Source: Sphagnum compactum
Lineage: Eukaryota
Assembly: GCA_965153455.1 (NCBI GenBank)
Contig: OZ234493.1
Span: 27,456,213 to 27,520,212, forward strand
Length of the DNA stretch: 64,000 nucleotides
Direction of reading: 5' to 3'
Below are positions 57,776 to 64,000 of the stretch, in pieces; the first letter of the stretch is position 1; every line of letters begins with the position of its first letter. Made by a program: the position numbers and the translations under genes. The notes under the pieces are model-generated. The model was given only the letters and a program-made list of their open reading frames with translations. It did no database searches and had not been told where the DNA came from.

Positions 57776-58705
57776 ATAGAAAAGTTTCCTGCAATCTGTG
57801 GCAAGAAATCTGGGCTGCTTGTTGTTGATGCTCCTACTACTCCTTTGGTCAAGCTGTTCCTTCTAAAGAAAAGTTCCCTGAAATGCTGTGGGAAGAAATC
57901 TGCTACTTGTTGTTGATGCTCTCAAATCCTTAGGATAGAGAAAAGAAAATTTTCCTCGTATTTTTTGTGGCAAGAAATCTGCAGCTTCATTGATTCTCTG
58001 AATTCTAGAGAAAAAAAGATTCCGGGTTCTTGTCGTGGCAAGAATCTGCTGCTTGTTGGTGATCCTATTCCCTAGAGAAAAGTTTGTTGTGACAACAGAT
58101 CCGCTCCTTGATGCTCGTTATCCTGAGGTGTTAGCATGCTACAGAACCCTAAACCCTAGAGAAAAGTTTTCTGGAATTTGTGGCAAGAAATCTGCTGCTT
58201 TGATGGTCCTAATTCTTAGGTGAGGATGCTAAACAAAACTTTTTCCTGGTACTTGTGGCAAGGAGTCTGCTGCTTGATTGATGCTCATGATGCCCTGAGG
58301 TAGGGATCCTAGAGAAAAGTTTGCTGGAAGTTGTGGCAAGCAAATCTGCTGATTGCTTGCTTGATGCTCCTAATCCTTAGCTACTACTAATAAGTGTGCC
58401 AGAGAAAAAAATGTTTGCTGGAATTGTGTGGCAAGAAATCTGCTTCTTGCTTGATGCTCCTAAGATTTCTTAGCGTAAGGATTCAAGAGCAAAGTTTGCT
58501 GGAATTTGTGGCAAGAAAGATATATGTTGCTTGATGCTCCTCCTAATCCTGAGCTAGAGATCCCTAGTAGAGAAAAGTTGCCTGGGAATTTGTGGCAAGA
58601 AATTCTGTTGCTTGATGATGCTCCTAATCCTGAGCTAGGGTTTTCTACAGAAAAGTTCCCTGGTATCTTTGTGGCAAGAGATTTTGCTTCTTTGATGCTC
58701 AAAGA
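57776..58705. repeat. Degenerate tandem array, 12 units of ~65-90 bp, upstream of the QueC-like gene
   Basis: Consensus AGAAAAGTT(T/C)(C/G)CTGGAATTTGTGGCAAGAAATCTGCTGCTTG..TTGATGCTCCTAATCCT followed by variable tails; GTGGCAAG-like cores near 57798, 57888, 57967, 58036, 58089, 58180, 58255, 58333, 58428, 58508, 58592, 58671. Confidence 0.92.
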
Positions 58706-58789
58706 AAAACATGGGTCTTCTTTGTTTTTTGGTATCATCCAATTTCCTGCATAGCCTGTGAGGAGGAGGTTTGGAGCTTCTTTTTGAAC

Positions 58790-58820
<31 letters not shown>

Positions 58821-58827
58821 GAGAGAG
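58790..58827. repeat. (GA)n microsatellite in the 5' region of the QueC-like gene
   Basis: Near-perfect GA run about 55 bp upstream of the ATG; similar (GA)n runs occur at ~2130, ~15160 and ~15495. Confidence 0.9.
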
Positions 58828-58881
58828 GGGGAGGGCTTTTCTGACGGTGATGATGCTGTGCTTCAGGAAGAAGAAGAGTCG

Positions 58882-61405
58882 ATGGCGGGATCAAGTGTGG
58901 TGTTGATGAGTGGAGGAATAGAGAGTGCAGCACTGCTATACCATTGGAGATCATCTGCATCTCGTCTTCATCCTTTGTAACTCTATCCTTCTCTCCCCTT
59001 CCGTCCCTTTCCCTCCCCCTTCTTCCCTCGCTCGTCATCAGCATTGAATATTTGCAGCATTCAGTAATTTGCTTTGAAGGTCAGGGTTCAGAAATTTTGT
59101 AATTGCCACTGGTGCCTTGAAATCAGGGAGCGATCAGGATTCTTCCTCTTCTCTGTGGAATCTCCACAAATGCATGGCGTGTTCTAACCATGAAATAGCG
59201 TGACATATTATAAATGAAGTTTGCTAGGGTTAGCGTTGGTGACAGTAAAACCCTAAATTTGATCAAATGCCTCTCCCATTTTTGTTGCTGAGAAACATCA
59301 TAGATGCAGATTATGGGTAACACTGAGCAAGAGTGGTATGGTATGGAAGGTATATAAATTATGGTCAGAAGGGTGCTACCATGGAAGAACGGGCATGCGA
59401 TAAACTCTGTCAGCATCTTAACCTTCAGCTTGGGCGCATCAATATGTCTTCTGTGAGTATTCTATTTTTTCTCCTTGCAGCTGAATAAGTATCGTAGATT
59501 TGCTTGTTGTTTGATTGAAGATGGGTGGTGTCAAAGGTTGCTAAATATTCTTCAGATCATTTGTGTCCCCCTCTTTAGGGTTTGAGATTTGGTGATGCTC
59601 CTGTTTTCAATCTTCCACAGAGGAAAGGTGTGTGAAGGATCTAAGTATTATAGTTCACTGTCTAATAATTTCAAATCTTTGGTTGAAAGCTTTCTTGTGT
59701 TTTCTTGCTTGTTGCTGCAAAGCTTATGGAACAGATATGGCATTCTGGTGCCATTTGTGTCATTTGGTTTAATTGGGTTGGATAAGGGTGCAGGTTGGTG
59801 AAGAATTTAGGGCATTACAACAGCCAGCAAAGTCATTTGTACCTTTACCTCATCGAAATCTTGTGATTTTGGCACTTGGAGCTAGTTATGCCTGCCAGGT
59901 AAAACTCCAATGTTTGTCCAGATTGTGTAGGCAAAGGATTCAGGAAACTTCAGGATTGGCAATGTGCATATATGAACTTTTTGATGCCTTGAAAGAGCAA
60001 AATCTCTTCAGACAAGTATTATGAGGGAACCCATCAAGTTGTAGTACATACAAGATGGGTCCTTGGAATGAATGAATTTGTATATGTCACCTCATCAGGC
60101 CTCCTTCACCTCTGCGCAAATTGGGGGTGCAGTTAGAAAGCAAACTTTTTACTAGGTCATATTTTTTATTTCTGTGCTAGGTTTCTCTAACCTGAACTGT
60201 TATGAGATTGCTTCTTCTTCAGTATGTGTTGTGTGGTGAAGACTTTAAGATGGGTATGATGAATGGGGCTGATTGGGGGTGTGAAGGTAGGGTCAAGAGT
60301 GATTGCACTTGCACTGAATAAAGATGACCTTGGTTCTTATTCAAGGTATGTCCATCCAGGCTTATTTTGGTGTTTTATCCTGAGTGCTCTTATATACCCC
60401 CTTGGACATTTTGTAAGGTGTGGAAGATGTAGATCCTTCTGGAGACTGCAACTTGCTTGTGCCAAAATAGCACATACCCTAGAATTGAAGGTTTGGAGAG
60501 CATTGGAATGTAAGCGCATGAGTTCTGTTAGATGGGCAAGTACAACCAAACCCAGAATTGAGCTTTTGACTGTTTTGGTCCCCTTGCAAACTGTTTGAAA
60601 CAAATGGGCGTTGAGATCATTAGCTGGTATTCAGAGAGTCTGATGTGAATCTCGCATTTTGTGGGAAGAAATAAGAAACTTTTTCATCGTTTGCAGTTCA
60701 TCACAGTCATTTCTTGATAGTTTTCGAGCAACAGCAGCCACTTTGAAGCCATCACTAACTTTGGTTGCGCCACTTAGGTAAAGGGCAAACCCTAACCCAT
60801 GTTTGCATTTATTGGTGAAACTAGTTTTGTACGGGGAGTGCTGTTCAGGGGTGGGATGGTTTCTGAACAAAGTATATATAGAGCTGCTGCAAAGCAGCAT
60901 AAAATTGGCGGCAGCGCCTCTTGTAGAAATCTTCATCAGTTTATGCAATTGTTGAACTTTTCTGTCCCCACTGCTACAGCCATTTAACAAAGGCGCAAGT
61001 GGTGACATTTGGCAATCACTTGGGGGTGCCTTTTGCTGACACCTATAGTTGCATGGTTGGTCGACCCCGGCATTGTGGCCACTGTCATCAGGTCCCTCTC
61101 TCCCTTCTCCAATTTTACTATTCAGATTTGCATGTTATGTTGTGCTACCTAACGTTTTGATTTTGTTGTGCTTCTTTCTTCTCCATTGTTCTTTAAATTT
61201 GGAAATTGCACATAGTTACCAAATAATTGCCATTAAGAAAGGAAATTGACTACTAATGGCCCACGGATTCACATCAGGAGATATGAAGTCAGGTGGAGGT
61301 ATTGAGTAGTAGGACGTGATTTTGGTTTCTTTGCAGTGTAAATTGCGACGACAGGCTTTTGCACATGTATCCATTGAAGAACCCCCAGGATTTTATGAGC
61401 AATAA
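58882..61405 (+). CDS. queC: QueC-like protein (7-cyano-7-deazaguanine synthase / PP-loop ATPase family), 7 exons, 207 aa
   Basis: Exons 58882-58976, 59350-59452, 59794-59898, 60287-60345, 60697-60777, 60980-61091, 61337-61405 (624 nt, all GT-AG, no internal stops). Protein: MAGSSVVLMSGGIESAALL (PP-loop) .. LHPLYINYGQKGATMEERA .. FVPLPHRNLVILALGASYA .. LALNKDDLGSYSSSSQSFLDSF .. LVAPLSHLTKAQVVTFGNHLGVPFADTYSCMVGRPRHCGHCHQCKLRRQAF (C-x7-C-x2-C-x2-C zinc site). Motif order is that of QueC. Confidence 0.9.
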
Positions 61406-62429
61406 AAGCCCCATTCTTGTAACTCCCAATACCAGGTATTCAGGATGGAAAACTCTTGATAAATTCTAGTGGAGTATAGCCCCATTGAATATATCAGCAG
61501 ATATCATGACTTCAGTATGTAAGCAAAGCTGCAGAGAAGTCATTTTGTTGCATCATATTGCAGTTGCACAAATTGATAAGTTCAGGTTTTGCTGATGGCC
61601 TCAGCTTTTGCTTGCAATCAACACCTGACAGGTGACAAATTTTTGTATGCAAGGTGCTTCTTGTCTTATGTGGTTGGTCTACTTCATTCAACAAGGAGAC
61701 TTTGGCGAATTCCCACCAGATACTATGCAGCTAGAGAAGGTAGAGAAAAATGAAAAAAATCAATGTTCCTAAAACCATTTCTGCTTTAAAGTTTGTGAAT
61801 GTGATTGTGTCAGCATATCAACTTCAGATGGGCTATCACCACTCATGTTTGCACAGTGCTCTATTATGTTGTAAGTATGCCAATTGTGCTAGGTGATATT
61901 TTTGTCACTGTTCACTTTTGGTTTTGCACCTGCAGTTTGAACAAAATACTGTCTCACCTCACATCCAATGAATTGTAGCTGATTGATGCAAATGTTCTGA
62001 GGAGAAGCATCAACGAAAATGTCAACAAAACGTCTTCCTCCAGTTGGTGCATGATTGGCTTTCATGCAGACAGATAATGTACAAATCTTACGAATGAATT
62101 TAGTTTACCTCTATTATCCTTCTTCCATGCATCCCTCACAAGATAGACATTTACAACCTCCCGTTATCATTTAAGTTATTGTTTTTTGACCCTTGATTTT
62201 TTTGAGTTCTTCAGATCAAATGTTGTCTCTATGTGCAAATGTTGTGAGCCCCCTTATTGGAAACAAAAAGCATGGACTCAATTGTAAACCTAATTTGGGC
62301 TCTGTGCTGCTTTGCTCTAAGTGACAATGAATTGTTTTAAAAACAATGAAAGAAAAAGAAAACTACCGAAACTTCTGTCATTTTGACACATAATTTGTAT
62401 GTAGGTATCTAGGGTTAGGGTTTTCCCCT

Positions 62430-63165
62430 TGTTCCTGATGTGTTCCCATTATGTTCCCTTCAAGTTCCCAATGGGTTCCCATAAGGTTCCCCAAGTTCCC
62501 AATATGTTCTTGAACATTTTCTCCATAGCACCCCACTTATTATCGCATATGTGATGGCAAATGTTGTCCTTCTTTCACCTATATAGGTGGGCCAAAGGGG
62601 AGGAACTCTATACTTCAAATAGAACCTTTGATTTTGGGGAGCATTCATAGTTTCATTTCTTTTGAGTGATGGGCTAATCAAATTGGCTCGATGCAAAAAA
62701 AAGTTGAACTTGGGAGGCACCTCATTTAATTATTGGGGAAGGTGAAATATGGATGCACTCAAGGTGCCTTGCTTTTTTTCTTTTTAAGTTGTTGGGGGGG
62801 GGGGGGGGGGGGGGGGGGGGGCGAGGGGGAGATGGGATATTTTTTCATTTTTCCCTAGTTCTCAATGTGTTCTTCCCACTTTGTTCTTTTAAAGTTCCCA
62901 ATAGGTTCCCCAAGTTCCCAATATGTTCCCCAACATATTCTCCCTAGCACCTCACTTTTATCCCATATGCTTTGGCAAATGTTGTTCTCCTTCACCTATA
63001 TAGGTGGGCCAAAGGGGAGAAACTCTATGTTTCAACATAGAACCTTTTATTTTGGGGAGCTTCCATGGTTTCATTTTTTTTTGAGTGATGGGCCAATCAA
63101 ATTGGCTTCTTGCAATTTTTTTGTTGAAATTGGGAGCACCTCATCTAATTAACAGGAGAGGTAAT
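62430..63165 (+). repeat. Two tandem copies (~310 bp) of a dispersed repeat separated by a G28 run
   Basis: 62440-62745 and 62860-63165 share GTTCCCCAAGTTCCCAATATGTT..TAGCACC..GGCAAATGTTGT..TTCACCTATATAGGTGGGCCAAAGGGG..ATAGAACCTTT.ATTTTGGGGAGC..GAGTGATGGGC.AATCAAATTGGCT; poly-G at 62794-62821. Confidence 0.9.
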
Positions 63166-63239
63166 TGAATTGAAATGAGACATCATTCAAATTAATTAGA
63201 CCATTGGTGCGCTCACAACTTTTTCTTTTAGAAAAAGGG

Positions 63240-63620
63240 AGCCATATTGATTGGTCCACCAGCAATTTTTTTGGAACATAGGGCATGCCCCCAATAGAAG
63301 CACCTCTTTGGAACCCCCTTGCAAAACAGAAACAAATGTGCTCCCATAGATTTCACCTTTTCAGTTAATATACATGGGAGTTAAACCCAGGTGCTATTGG
63401 GAACATCTTGGGGAACACTTTGGTAACTTGAGAACCCATTGTGCAAACCATATGGGATAAAAGTGAGGTGCTATTAGGAGCAAATTTGGGAAAAACTTGA
63501 GAACTTGGGGAACATAATGGGCACAAGTAAGGAACATGATGGGAACAGGGAAAAAATGAAGAAAATTCCTACTCAATAAAAACCAACCACATGGCTGCTG
63601 CCTTGCGTGAGCCCTTATTT
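63240..63620 (-). repeat. Inverted, diverged copy of the same dispersed repeat family
   Basis: CATATGGGATAAAAGTGAGGTGCTA, GAACTTGGGGAACAT and TTGATTGG motifs are reverse complements of motifs in 62860-63165; related pieces also at ~34080-34420, ~34620-34740 and ~40000-40060. Confidence 0.7.
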
Positions 63621-64000
63621 TGGTAATGTCCTCGCCCTTGTACTTTACCTTACACAAAATCCTAATTTGGCCCTCCTGAAAAAACCAACCAATGCACCCA
63701 ACATCCCCCCAACCTTCCCCCCTCCACAAACCCCAAGGGCCAAAACACTAATTGATTTTTGTGCCAAGGAAAATGCAATGAAGAGCCAAGTCTACGATGG
63801 AAGGTAGATAAACCTATCATCGAACACTAACCTATCACCGAACATGTTGGCAATTCTTTGTCAATTCTTCTTTGTTTTGAGTGATTTAAAATGTTATAGG
63901 AACGCCTTCTCAAGCTTTACAAATCATCTTTGGAGCCAAAGGAGCAGCCACAAAAGAGCAGGAAAGAATTCAACCTAACAGACAAAACTGATGCATCCAA

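Noticed and set aside
57776-58705. CRISPR array or preQ1 riboswitch interpretation of the repeat array
   Set aside because: Units are too degenerate, tails are partly homologous and irregular, there are no cas genes and the context is eukaryotic; no preQ1-I stem plus A-rich tail consensus was recognisable by eye
58460-59044. 194-aa minus-strand ORF and other ORFs over the array
   Set aside because: These are by-products of the repeat units and the (GA)n run, antisense to the real QueC-like exon 1
58882-61405. Bacterial contamination as the source of the QueC-like gene
   Set aside because: It has six spliceosomal introns and is contiguous with a plant JASON-like gene and host repeat families

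Overview
This is AT-rich eukaryotic genomic DNA with spliceosomal GT-AG introns, from a land plant and probably a bryophyte (Sphagnum-like; inferred from composition and repeat style, not proven). Four intron-containing genes on the + strand could be reconstructed by hand. They are a GDP1/PINX1-like G-patch nucleolar protein (15335-20897), an FQR1-like flavodoxin-type NAD(P)H:quinone oxidoreductase with an acylation-type N-terminal extension (36105-38173), a JASON-family protein (~52705-57177, start unresolved), and a complete 7-exon, 207-aa QueC-like (7-cyano-7-deazaguanine synthase family) gene (58882-61405). The QueC-like gene is the highlight: this family is prokaryotic/phage-type and eukaryotes are generally held not to make 7-deazaguanines de novo. 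It is invisible in the ORF track because it is split into short exons, and it is directly preceded by a 12-copy degenerate ~65-90 bp repeat array. The intergenic space holds decayed transposons: two hAT elements with recognisable TIRs and 8-bp TSDs, hAT-type and other MITEs, a CRE-like RLE non-LTR retrotransposon, a retroelement-like coiled-coil ORF relic, dispersed repeats and microsatellites.
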